Virus record (IMG/VR): IMGVR_UViG_3300037440_000525
Coordinates: 1-40,196 of that record
Length of the DNA stretch: 40,196 nucleotides
DNA from: a virus
Taxonomy: Duplodnaviria > Caudoviricetes
Strand: one strand, 5' to 3'
The position numbers and the translations under genes were made by a program. Below, piece after piece: positions 7,827 to 16,444 of the stretch; the first letter of the stretch is position 1; the number at the start of each line of letters is the position of its first letter. Under the pieces are notes generated by a model. The model was given only the letters and a program-made list of their open reading frames with translations. It was not told the origin of the DNA and searched no databases.

Positions 7827-7854
7827 TTGACTACTTAAAAAAGTAGCGTAAAAT
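7827..7854 (+). promoter_or_regulatory. Sigma70-type promoter for the small-gene operon
   Basis: TTGACT-16 nt-TAAAAT with an AT-rich upstream tract. Confidence 0.65.
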
Positions 7855-7885
7855 TAAGACATAAAGATAAACGAGTTAAAAAGTT

Positions 7886-8005
7886 ATGACTACACAAGTA
7901 ATAATAAAAAGATTAGCTCGCAACCGCAAGATGTTAGAGATCTTGCTAAAACCAAAGCCAAAAAGTTTTTGGCTAAATTTTTTAAAAAAAGGAAAAAGAT
8001 TATGA
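7886..8005 (+). CDS. 39-aa basic small protein, absent from the ORF track
   Basis: MTTQVIIKRLARNRKMLEILLKPKPKSFWLNFLKKGKRL; follows the promoter; stop overlaps the next ATG (ATGA). Confidence 0.45.
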   Translation: MTTQVIIKRLARNRKMLEILLKPKPKSFWLNFLKKGKRL

Positions 8006-8274
8006 AAAATTTTTATGTAAAGATTGACTGGACGGTATCAAAGTCAAACCCGGGGCATGGTTTTGCAAACTCAAAAAAAATAGTGGGCTTTACATCTAAA
8101 GCTAAAGCAAAAGCTTTTTTAGTTGAGCGTTTTTTTGATTTGTCCGCTAAGATGATCAAAAGATCTGACATAAAAGTATCTGACTTAGATAATATCAGGT
8201 CTTTTGACAAAAGCGTCACGCTAAAAGAGTGTGTACTCACACGCGATAAGTTTGGTGTTGAGATCATCGCTTAA
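8002..8274 (+). CDS. Hypothetical (probably early) protein
   Basis: Start moved to ATG 8002 with AAGGA RBS. Confidence 0.65.
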   Translation: MKNFYVKIDWTVSKSNPGHGFANSKKIVGFTSKAKAKAFLVERFFDLSAKMIKRSDIKVSDLDNIRSFDKSVTLKECVLTRDKFGVEIIA

Positions 8275-8325
8275 AAATTTAAAATAAAGATACAAACATA
8301 TAAAAACTTTTTAAAAGGTAATAAA

Positions 8326-8526
8326 ATGAATGAGAGCGATTTAATCGAATATAAACAAATAAACAGGCAAATTAGTACGATGAGTCGTGAAGAACTTATT
8401 GACTGTTTGTCAAAAACAATTGATGAGTACGAAAAAGAAATACAAGAAATTAGAGAAGAAACTTTTGAAGAATACGAAAAAGAAATTGAAGAATTAAGAA
8501 CAAAATTAAAGGAGCAAACAAAATGA
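8326..8526 (+). CDS. Small coiled-coil protein
   Basis: AAAGGT RBS; repeated EYEKEI heptad-like segments. Confidence 0.65.
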   Translation: MNESDLIEYKQINRQISTMSREELIDCLSKTIDEYEKEIQEIREETFEEYEKEIEELRTKLKEQTK

Positions 8527-8726
8527 TAAAAATAAAACAAAATAAAATAGAAAATTTTGACGAACTAAAACAAGCAATCGAGCATAATAATACTATGCTT
8601 AATCTATCAAGTAATATCTCAATAAAAAATCAAGCTTTACAATTCGTAAAGAAATGGTTCCCGAAAACTAAAGGACAGCATATAATCTATCTACCGCATG
8701 GATTACTAGAGATAGAGATACAGTAA
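8523..8726 (+). CDS. Hypothetical protein
   Basis: AAGGAG RBS, ATGA overlap, followed by a terminator. Confidence 0.7.
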   Translation: MIKIKQNKIENFDELKQAIEHNNTMLNLSSNISIKNQALQFVKKWFPKTKGQHIIYLPHGLLEIEIQ

Positions 8727-8736
8727 GTACTTACAG

Positions 8737-8764
8737 CCCTGCCACAATGGCAGGGTATTTTTTT
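8737..8764 (+). terminator. Rho-independent terminator
   Basis: CCCTGCCA-CAA-TGGCAGGG followed by TATTTTTTT. Confidence 0.9.
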
Positions 8765-8900
8765 GTCTATTAATTATATAATATAGTACATACATTATGT
8801 TTTATTATATAAGGGGGAGGGGTGTTGGGTAGTATATATACTAGTATTATAATGGTAAATGCTTTTAAGTGTTAAAAAAATTCTCCCCAAATTTTTTAAC

Positions 8901-9032
8901 TTTTAGGTGTAAAATTTAATACTAAAATTTAATACAATAAATCCCCTTATTATTTTTAGGTGTAAAATTTAATACTAAATATTTTTAGATGTAAAATTTA
9001 ATACTAAATATTTTTAGGTGTAAAATTTAATA
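8901..9032. repeat. 29-bp tandem repeat array upstream of terS
   Basis: TATTTTTAG(G/A)TGTAAAATTTAATACTAAA at 8951 and 8980, partial copy at 9009, 26-bp copy at 8901. Confidence 0.92.
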
Positions 9033-9054
9033 AATACCCTTAAATTTTTCTCTC

Positions 9055-9082
9055 TTTACAAGTGATAAACTCTTGGTAATAT
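9055..9082 (+). promoter_or_regulatory. Possible promoter of the packaging/structural operon
   Basis: TTTACA-16 nt-TAATAT with TGG extended -10, 21 nt before the terS ATG. Confidence 0.5.
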
Positions 9083-9103
9083 TAAAAATAAAAAAAGGTA
9101 GCC

Positions 9104-9493
9104 ATGGACTTCTCTACATACCAAATCGAAAAGTATAAAGATACTTACGAAAGAATGTATCGAAAACAGGATTATAAAAGCCTGAGAGATGAAGTTGCGT
9201 TGATTCGCATGATGATTCAAAAAGTCATGGCGAACTGTGATGGGAATGATTCCCTTCTTATTGCAACATCTCCCTTGATTTCTAGAATGTTAGAGTCTAC
9301 TGAAAAACTAGTTTCCTCCGCTCATAAAATGGATGTTGCTACTGGGAAAACAATAAGTGAGGATTCACTCATTGATTTTGGGGCGGAAATGTTAGCACTG
9401 ATGCAAGAATATATCCCCCAAGATAATTGGGAATCTGTTTCTAAAAAGGTACTTGAGCTTGTTAATAAAACGGCTACTCCAAAATCTGAGTGA
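9104..9493 (+). CDS. terS: Probable terminase small subunit
   Basis: Helical 129-aa protein overlapping terL; SLRDEVALIRMMI motif; mainly synteny. Confidence 0.65.
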   Translation: MDFSTYQIEKYKDTYERMYRKQDYKSLRDEVALIRMMIQKVMANCDGNDSLLIATSPLISRMLESTEKLVSSAHKMDVATGKTISEDSLIDFGAEMLALMQEYIPQDNWESVSKKVLELVNKTATPKSE

Positions 9494-11093
9494 AAAACTC
9501 GAACGAGCCTCCATTACCAAAAATTCCACCTGGACTGAAAAATATCGCTACATAAATAACGCCCTTTGGAAGTTCGATTACCATCCTTGGCTTCGTGATA
9601 TTCACGATAGTGAAGAAGAATGGATTGCTGTACAAAAAGCTGCCCAAGTTGGGGTGACTGAGGCTGCAATGAACCGTACCTTCGCTCAGATAGATCTATT
9701 AAAACAGTCGATTCTCTACCTTCTACCTACGACTAAGCCTGGTGCTAATGATTTCTCTACTACTAGATTTGACCCTGCACTAGAACAATCTGCATACCTA
9801 AAAAACCTCTTTTCCGATACAAAAAATGTCGGGGTGAAAAGATCAGGATCAACGATTTTATATGTGAGAGGTGCAGGGACAGCAGAGAATGTGAAATCAC
9901 TACCTGTAGGACACATTATTTTTGATGAAATTGAAGAAATGGACGATGAGATTGTGAGGTTAGCTCTTGAGCGTGTATCAGGACAGATGCAACGCACTTC
10001 CTTTTTCATGCTTTCAACCCCAAAGATTGAAGGTTCAGGGATCAATAGATATTTTAAAGATTCCAGCCAAGATCATTTCATGTTTAAATGCCCGAGTTGT
10101 TCCCTGCTAACCGAGCTAACCCTGGAATGTTTGATAATTGTTGGTGATGAACCGCACACTGAAAAAGTTAAGGAATCTTACCTTGAGTGTAAAGAATGTC
10201 ATAACAAACTACCCCACCAAACAAAGAAAGAATGGCTATCTACGGGGCGATGGGTACCAAATTTTACAGGGAAAAGTATTCGAGGTTTTTATATTAACCA
10301 ACTCTATTCCAGTACTCCTGCATGTGAACCGTGGAAATTAGCCAATTATTATCTTGAAGGGCAGATGGATCCCGTGGTCATGAGGGAATTTTATAACTCA
10401 AAAATGGGTTTAACTTTCACCGAAAAGGGTGGTAGGGTTGAAAATTTTAAGTTAGGGAACTATGTCTCTGTAAATACAATGCGGGATGCAATAATAAATA
10501 AAATAACAGGTGAAGGTACTACCGTCACCATGGGGGTGGATGTCGGGGGTAAAAGATTGCATGTGGTAGTTGCTGCATGGGAAAATCGTTTTGATGCCCC
10601 AACTGTGAATTCTGCAGCTTATGGTAAGGTTTTACTTGCAATTGTCGTTGCAGATTTTAGAGAACTTGATAGAATTATGCTAGATTTTAACATTGATTAT
10701 GCCGTGATTGATGCCGGACCAGAAACTAGGGCATCACTCGCTTTTTGCGAGAGGATGGATGGCAGAGCTAAAAGATGTTATTATGCAGGTAAAAAATTTA
10801 CAACAAATGACGAAGAATATACAGTAACTTTAGACAGAACGGCATGGCTAGATCAAAGTTTGGGGCGAATAATAAAAGAAAAAATAGAGTTTCCAAAAGA
10901 TTTACTTTTTGAGTTTAAAGAGAATGTTAGAAACATGCATAGAATAATAGAGTTAGATAAAGATGGTGATCAAGTGGCACGATGGATACACCAAGGTCCC
11001 GACCATTTTGGGCATGCTTTGAATTATGCGGAGATAGCATTGAAATTAGCAGTAGGCCAAGGAGAAGGGGAAGACATTTATGGAATTCATTGA
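9453..11093 (+). CDS. terL: Terminase large subunit, lambda GpA-like
   Basis: KAAQVGVTE Walker A variant, IIFDE Walker B, LSTP, CPSC..CKEC zinc site, GFYINQLYS, MGVDVG nuclease, DHFGHALNY. Confidence 0.93.
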   Translation: MSLLIKRLLQNLSEKLERASITKNSTWTEKYRYINNALWKFDYHPWLRDIHDSEEEWIAVQKAAQVGVTEAAMNRTFAQIDLLKQSILYLLPTTKPGANDFSTTRFDPALEQSAYLKNLFSDTKNVGVKRSGSTILYVRGAGTAENVKSLPVGHIIFDEIEEMDDEIVRLALERVSGQMQRTSFFMLSTPKIEGSGINRYFKDSSQDHFMFKCPSCSLLTELTLECLIIVGDEPHTEKVKESYLECKECHNKLPHQTKKEWLSTGRWVPNFTGKSIRGFYINQLYSSTPACEPWKLANYYLEGQMDPVVMREFYNSKMGLTFTEKGGRVENFKLGNYVSVNTMRDAIINKITGEGTTVTMGVDVGGKRLHVVVAAWENRFDAPTVNSAAYGKVLLAIVVADFRELDRIMLDFNIDYAVIDAGPETRASLAFCERMDGRAKRCYYAGKKFTTNDEEYTVTLDRTAWLDQSLGRIIKEKIEFPKDLLFEFKENVRNMHRIIELDKDGDQVARWIHQGPDHFGHALNYAEIALKLAVGQGEGEDIYGIH

Positions 11094-12663
11094 TTACCAA
11101 AAATTTCGCTCAGTTGCCGAAGGTGGCAAGCAATTTGTCTATAAATATCTCCAAAAATTTTCAGCATTAGAAGATGATGCCGATTTTAAAATTAGAAAAA
11201 GCTTGGCTTATTGTCCTGGCTTTGCAAAGTCTGCCGTAAATGATATTAAAAATTCTATATTTCAAAGACTAGTTGATGTTTCAAGAAAACATGGTCCCGA
11301 ATCTTACCAATCCGCTATCAAAGGTGAAGGAAGAGGAATAGACAAGCAAGGTTCGTCCATGATGTCTTTTCTAGGGAATCAAATACTACCTGAATTATTA
11401 AATCTATCAAAAGTTGGTGTTTACATTGATAGAGATCCACTACCTAAAAATCCTACACTAGCCGACACTAAAAATCACTCTCCTTATATTTATCATTATC
11501 GTATAGAAGATATTGTAGGTATTAGATATGATATTGATCATAATTTAAAATCCGTTAAATTAATAGATACCATTCCTACATTTGATCCTGTTTTTGGTCT
11601 TCCTCTTTCTGAGGAAACTCGTTACAGGTTCCTTGAAAAGACTTCTAAAGGCATTGAGCTTAGTTTTTATGATATGACGGATAAACAGATAGGTAAGACA
11701 ACAATACTAAAATTAAAGGAAATACCATTTGTTTTAGGATCAATTAAATATTCACTTCTTCAAGACGCTGGCGATTATCAAATCGCATTATTAAATCTTT
11801 CATCATCTGATCTTAACTATGGTTTAAAGTCTAATTTTCCTTTTTATACTGAACAAGTTGATAGAGCTTCTAACAACTTTAAAAAAGCAAATGAAGGTGA
11901 CGAAAGGCCAACTATAAAGACAGGTGCTACTCAAGGTAGACGCTACGGAAAAGATTTAGAGAGACCTGGTTTTATTAATCCATCCTCTGACCCTATTACG
12001 GCCTCCATGAAAATGAGAGATCAAATGAAAAGGGAAATTAGAGAACTGGTAAATTTAGCTGTAGAAAATCTTGGTAATGAGCAAGGTCTTGAAGCTGGGC
12101 TTTCTTATATTGGTTTAGAATTAGAAAGAATGGAAAGGCAAATAGGTAAAGCTTATGCCGATTACGAAGGTGAAGATCCACCTACAATTGATTACCCTAA
12201 TACATATAAAATAAAAACAGATGATGAGAGATACGGCGAAGCTGAAAAGTTAGTTAAGATTAGAATGACCGTACCATCAGATACTTATAGAAAAGAAGTA
12301 ACAAAAGAAATAGTTGATATAACTATGTCCGATAAATTACCGGCCTACATTGTTAAAACTATTAAAGAAGAAATTGACGGTGCTGTTGTTATTGCTACAG
12401 ATCCAGAGAAATTAAAAGACGATGTTGAAATTGGAATAGTTAGTACTGAAACCGCTTCACTTGCAGCAGGTTATCCAAAAGGCGAAGCTGCCAAAGCTAA
12501 GAAAGATCGCCTGGAAAAAGTAGCTGAAATGGTCAAGGCTCAATTAGCTGCTGGTAATAGAGGTGTAGATAATAATTTAAAAAACCCTGAAGCTAGAGGT
12601 ATTCCTACAGGTGACGGTGGGGCAAAATTTGAAAAAGAAGTAATTGAGGAAACTGATGGCTAA
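11080..12663 (+). CDS. Portal protein
   Basis: 527 aa directly after terL; YL.KF..E...F..R N-terminus and IPFV motif. Confidence 0.8.
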   Translation: MEFIDYQKFRSVAEGGKQFVYKYLQKFSALEDDADFKIRKSLAYCPGFAKSAVNDIKNSIFQRLVDVSRKHGPESYQSAIKGEGRGIDKQGSSMMSFLGNQILPELLNLSKVGVYIDRDPLPKNPTLADTKNHSPYIYHYRIEDIVGIRYDIDHNLKSVKLIDTIPTFDPVFGLPLSEETRYRFLEKTSKGIELSFYDMTDKQIGKTTILKLKEIPFVLGSIKYSLLQDAGDYQIALLNLSSSDLNYGLKSNFPFYTEQVDRASNNFKKANEGDERPTIKTGATQGRRYGKDLERPGFINPSSDPITASMKMRDQMKREIRELVNLAVENLGNEQGLEAGLSYIGLELERMERQIGKAYADYEGEDPPTIDYPNTYKIKTDDERYGEAEKLVKIRMTVPSDTYRKEVTKEIVDITMSDKLPAYIVKTIKEEIDGAVVIATDPEKLKDDVEIGIVSTETASLAAGYPKGEAAKAKKDRLEKVAEMVKAQLAAGNRGVDNNLKNPEARGIPTGDGGAKFEKEVIEETDG

Positions 12664-13102
12664 TTATATTACAATAGCTGAAGGCGATGCATTTTTAGCA
12701 GGAGAATTAAATTCTAGTGCTTGGGATGCTGCCGATTCTGCCGAAAAACAAAAAGCTATCACTACAGCTACACGAGCTATTGACAGATTGGCATTTTGCG
12801 GGTATAAAACAGTAGATACACAAACGAATGAGTTCCCTAGGAATGACGAGGTAACTATTCCTCAAGGCATTAAGGATGCTACAGCTTTAGAAGCTTTGGC
12901 TTTACTTGATGGGAAAGACCCTGAACTGGAGTGGGAAAATCAATTTATGACTACACAGGGTTTTGCAAATGCTAGGTCGGCTTACGATAGGTCGTCCAAA
13001 GCTGACAATATAATAAGCGGAATCATGTCTATAAAGGCATGGAATTACCTTTTACCTTACCTCAATGATCCTAATACGATCAAAATTGAGAGATTGGATT
13101 GA
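12656..13102 (+). CDS. Head-tail adaptor-like protein
   Basis: NYITIAEGDAFL..W..A..ATRAID..F.G..Q..EFPR..IP..IKDAT pattern; start moved to ATG 12656 (GAGGA RBS). Confidence 0.7.
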   Translation: MANYITIAEGDAFLAGELNSSAWDAADSAEKQKAITTATRAIDRLAFCGYKTVDTQTNEFPRNDEVTIPQGIKDATALEALALLDGKDPELEWENQFMTTQGFANARSAYDRSSKADNIISGIMSIKAWNYLLPYLNDPNTIKIERLD

Positions 13103-13104
13103 TT

Positions 13105-13821
13105 ATGGCTGATGAAATACAAGCACCTGAAACCTTCACTAAAGAGCAAGTGGAGAAAATGATTCAGGCAAGAGTAGGCTCTACAAAAGAAGAAGCAGAA
13201 AAGTACAAGACAGCAGCGGAAGAAGCTGCGAGAGAACTAGAATCTTTGACCCCGAAATTGCAACTAAATGCAAAAGAGAAAGAAGAATACAAAAAGCGTT
13301 TTGATGATTTGCGGAAACAGACAATGACCGCTGAACAATTGAAACAAGAAGAGTTGGAAAGAGCTAAAAAAGAAGCTCAAGAAAATCATAAAAAATTAGA
13401 AGATAAAGCTAATTTTTGGGAAAAGAAGTATCAGAGTACGAGTATTAATTATGCAATAACCGATGCAGCCTTGAGAAATAATGCATTCTCAGCCCAGCAG
13501 TTAAATGCTATCCTGCAACCAATTACCCACATGGTGGAGACATTGGATTCCGAAGGGAATCCGACAGGTGACTTTAAACCAATGGCGACGCTTGAGGTAT
13601 TAGACAAAAAGTCTAACGAGCCGAAACCATTATTAATGTCTGTTGAAGATGCTGTAAAGCATTTGAAAGAAAAACCTGAGTTTGCTAACCTCTTTAAAGG
13701 TAATGGAACAGGTGGGATAGGTGGGTCGAATTTATCTAATACTTCGGGAGCGGTAAAAGATAATGGTGCTGAACTAACCTACGAACAGTACAAAGCTGCT
13801 AGAAAGGCTGGTAAACTCTAA
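13105..13821 (+). CDS. Capsid scaffolding protein
   Basis: TFTKEQVEKMIQARV N-terminus, coiled coil, LF..GTGG linker, EQYKAARK C-terminus; precedes the capsid gene. Confidence 0.85.
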   Translation: MADEIQAPETFTKEQVEKMIQARVGSTKEEAEKYKTAAEEAARELESLTPKLQLNAKEKEEYKKRFDDLRKQTMTAEQLKQEELERAKKEAQENHKKLEDKANFWEKKYQSTSINYAITDAALRNNAFSAQQLNAILQPITHMVETLDSEGNPTGDFKPMATLEVLDKKSNEPKPLLMSVEDAVKHLKEKPEFANLFKGNGTGGIGGSNLSNTSGAVKDNGAELTYEQYKAARKAGKL

Positions 13822-13836
13822 ACTTAGGAGTTTATT

Positions 13837-15147
13837 ATGGCGAATAACAATGACGCCCTTATCCCAGAGATATGGGCAAATGAAAGTTTGTTGTTTTTAG
13901 AAAACAACCTTGTACTTGGAAATCTTGTTCATAGAGATTTCTCAGCAGAAGTTCAAAGATTTGGTGATGTGGTTAATACCCGTAGACCAGATGGTTTTAC
14001 CGCAGTTCGTAAAACAGATGCAGATGCAATTACTGTCCAAGATGCTTCATTAACAAATGTTGCTATTAAATTGGATCAACACTTACATTGTTCATTTATT
14101 ATAAAAGATGGTGAAGAATCTAAGTCAATTAAGTTATTGGTTGAAGAACATTTGGCTCCAGCAATGTCAGCTATTGTTCAAAGCATTGACCAAACAATTG
14201 CTACTCAATCTTATAAGTTTCTTGCAAACAATGTCGGTCAATTGGGTGTACCAATTACTAAGACAACATTGACAGCTGCTAGAAAAGTTTTGAACCAAAA
14301 TAAAGCCCCTGTATTGGGTCGTTCTTTGGTTGTTGGTTCAACAAACGAAGCTGAACTTTTAAATGATGATCTTTTTGTTTCTGCCGAAAGAGTGGGAGAC
14401 GAAGGTACAGCATTAAGAGAAGGTTCACTTGGTAGAAAATTTGGTTTCCAAATCCACATGGACCAAAATATGCCAGAGTTTGACGCTACAGGTCTTACAG
14501 TTGTTGCTAACACTGTTGCAGGTGCGACGGCTGCTGGTGCAACTTCAATTGACCTGACTTCGGCTGCTGGTATTACAGTAGGTGATTTCATTGTTTTTGC
14601 TGGTGACGGCATTCCTCAATTGATTACTGCTGTTTCAACAAATACTTTGACGATCTCTCCAGGTTTGAAAAGAAGCGTAGTCAACCTAGCTGTTGCCACT
14701 GCGTATACTCATACAGCGGTTGACTTGGTAGCAGGTTATGTTGCTGGTTTTACAAAACCTATCGTTACTGATGCTATGGCTAAAGCAAGCGGTCAATTGG
14801 TTCAAATCCTTGGTACTAAATATGGTATCATCGGTGTACCAACAACAACATCTATGGTGCTAAACACGGCTACGGCTGGTGCTTTCGCAAATAACGATGT
14901 TGTGAGCTTAGGGCCTGCAGGTAATTATGCTTTCGCATTCCATAAAAATGCTTTGGCTGTTATCTCTCGTCCTCTAGCTTTGCCTAGAGATCCAAGTGTT
15001 AGATCTGCTGTAGCTTCATACGGTGGTTACGCTGTTCGTGTAACTATGGGTTATGATATGTATGCTCAAGGTGTAGTCGTAACTATAGACTTGCTATTAG
15101 GTACGGAAGTACTTGATGTAAATCTTGGTTGCGTTATCTTAGGATAA
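13837..15147 (+). CDS. Major capsid protein, P22 coat-like, with inserted beta domains
   Basis: IPEIWANE.L..LENNLV.GNLVHRDF..E...GDVV..RRP; C-terminal FAFHKNALAVISRPLALP..VRV..GYD..DLLLG; AGGAG RBS. Confidence 0.92.
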   Translation: MANNNDALIPEIWANESLLFLENNLVLGNLVHRDFSAEVQRFGDVVNTRRPDGFTAVRKTDADAITVQDASLTNVAIKLDQHLHCSFIIKDGEESKSIKLLVEEHLAPAMSAIVQSIDQTIATQSYKFLANNVGQLGVPITKTTLTAARKVLNQNKAPVLGRSLVVGSTNEAELLNDDLFVSAERVGDEGTALREGSLGRKFGFQIHMDQNMPEFDATGLTVVANTVAGATAAGATSIDLTSAAGITVGDFIVFAGDGIPQLITAVSTNTLTISPGLKRSVVNLAVATAYTHTAVDLVAGYVAGFTKPIVTDAMAKASGQLVQILGTKYGIIGVPTTTSMVLNTATAGAFANNDVVSLGPAGNYAFAFHKNALAVISRPLALPRDPSVRSAVASYGGYAVRVTMGYDMYAQGVVVTIDLLLGTEVLDVNLGCVILG

Positions 15148-15155
15148 ACTATAAC

Positions 15156-15185
15156 GCCCCCATCTTTTGGTGGGGGCTTCCTTTT
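15156..15185 (+). terminator. Terminator-like hairpin after the capsid gene
   Basis: GCCCCCATC-TTTT-GGTGGGGGC followed by TTCCTTTT. Confidence 0.75.
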
Positions 15186-15197
15186 AAAGGTGGCTAC

Positions 15198-15605
15198 ATG
15201 TCTGATCTTGCTTCACAAATTATTGTCCTTAGTACTGCTGTTGGTTTAGCCGTTGCCGTCGTTGTCCGTCAAAATATTGCTGAAACAAAATTAAAAGAAA
15301 CCACGGCTAAAAAATACCAAGCTCTTTTAGATAAAATAAATTATTTTCCAAAACAAATTAAAGATACCATAGACGAATTTAATCGTGCTCAGACAAACCT
15401 CGATGATTTAAAATTACAAGATGTTAAAAACCGTTTAGAAGAAATTAGGCAGGATATGCTTAGATTTATTAAAGGGTTAAACACATTAAATGGTAATGTT
15501 TTTGAGGGGAAAGATAGTCTCCAAAATCAGATCACCAGGCTTGAAGAAAAATTACAGGCCTTAAAGGACCGTATGAATAATATGGAAAGGTGGAGAAATG
15601 ATTAA
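15198..15605 (+). CDS. Single-pass membrane protein with long coiled coil
   Basis: Start moved to ATG 15198; hydrophobic IIVLSTAVGLAVAVVV followed by heptad repeats. Confidence 0.7.
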   Translation: MSDLASQIIVLSTAVGLAVAVVVRQNIAETKLKETTAKKYQALLDKINYFPKQIKDTIDEFNRAQTNLDDLKLQDVKNRLEEIRQDMLRFIKGLNTLNGNVFEGKDSLQNQITRLEEKLQALKDRMNNMERWRND

Positions 15606-15960
15606 AGTATATTTATTACAAGATGAAGACCTCGAAGCCTTTTTAAATAAAAATGGCTTAGCAGCAAAATCATTCCCTAGCGTTCATGCTTTGGAGCATG
15701 GGATAAAAAGCGAAGGCTTACCTGATGTATTACTATCTGATTATAATGGGTTGAATACAATTGAAAAATACAAATATTCGATACCATTAATACTAGGTGT
15801 AACATCAAATTTTTGCGATGCAAATGCTAGAGAGAAAATGATGGTGGCAGGGTGTGCCTATGTTAGCGATAAAGCTCATAAAAGAAATGTATTCACTTCC
15901 ATTAAATATGGATTGAAGCAAGAAGAACATTTATGGAACGAACTAAATGGCGTTAAATAG
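15598..15960 (+). CDS. Stand-alone CheY-like response-regulator receiver domain
   Basis: KVYLLQDE, PDVLLSD (phosphoacceptor position), NGL, PLILGVTS, AGCAYVSDK. Confidence 0.7.
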   Translation: MIKVYLLQDEDLEAFLNKNGLAAKSFPSVHALEHGIKSEGLPDVLLSDYNGLNTIEKYKYSIPLILGVTSNFCDANAREKMMVAGCAYVSDKAHKRNVFTSIKYGLKQEEHLWNELNGVK

Positions 15961-16441
15961 CCTAAGAAAAAACCATAATATCTTATATAGACTCAAGCGT
16001 GAAAATGGCCAAACTATCACGATTGGTAAAGTTGTTTCTATTACTAATAATTATGAGACAGGGGCGTCTGTCAAAAATTTTTCATCATACCCTATAAGAA
16101 GAGCTATCATTGGGCCAGCTTTTGATGAGCGTGTTTTTTCCCAAGGTTTAACTTTTGTTCGTTCTAACCAAAATTTCACCTACGGCGGAGATTTTGATAG
16201 GGAAAGAAATGGTGTAATATTAGACGCTAAAGATGTCCAAGAACCAATTACACCTGATATGCTAATAGTTCTCCACAGTAAAATTTATGGTATAGAGAAG
16301 ACTCAATTTACAGAGAGTGATGCAGCTTGGATTTTAAATATGTATCGATTAAGTAATAGCCAAATAAACGAACAACAATTAATGCTTAATGAGGATGGCA
16401 CTTACATTCTCAATGAAGATACGACAAATATAAGGATCTAA
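15947..16441 (+). CDS. Putative head-closure / head completion protein
   Basis: Size, position and beta-rich pattern (G.TITI..NYETG..); C-terminal LMLNEDGTYILNED motif. Confidence 0.55.
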   Translation: MALNSLRKNHNILYRLKRENGQTITIGKVVSITNNYETGASVKNFSSYPIRRAIIGPAFDERVFSQGLTFVRSNQNFTYGGDFDRERNGVILDAKDVQEPITPDMLIVLHSKIYGIEKTQFTESDAAWILNMYRLSNSQINEQQLMLNEDGTYILNEDTTNIRI

Positions 16442-16444
16442 AAA

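Noticed and set aside
6472-7880. tRNA or known structured RNA genes in the long intergenic region
   Set aside because: No cloverleaf or T-loop GTTCGA context recognised; a covariance-model search was not possible
8901-9032. CRISPR array
   Set aside because: Units are mostly head-to-tail without unique spacers of regular length, and no cas operon is present
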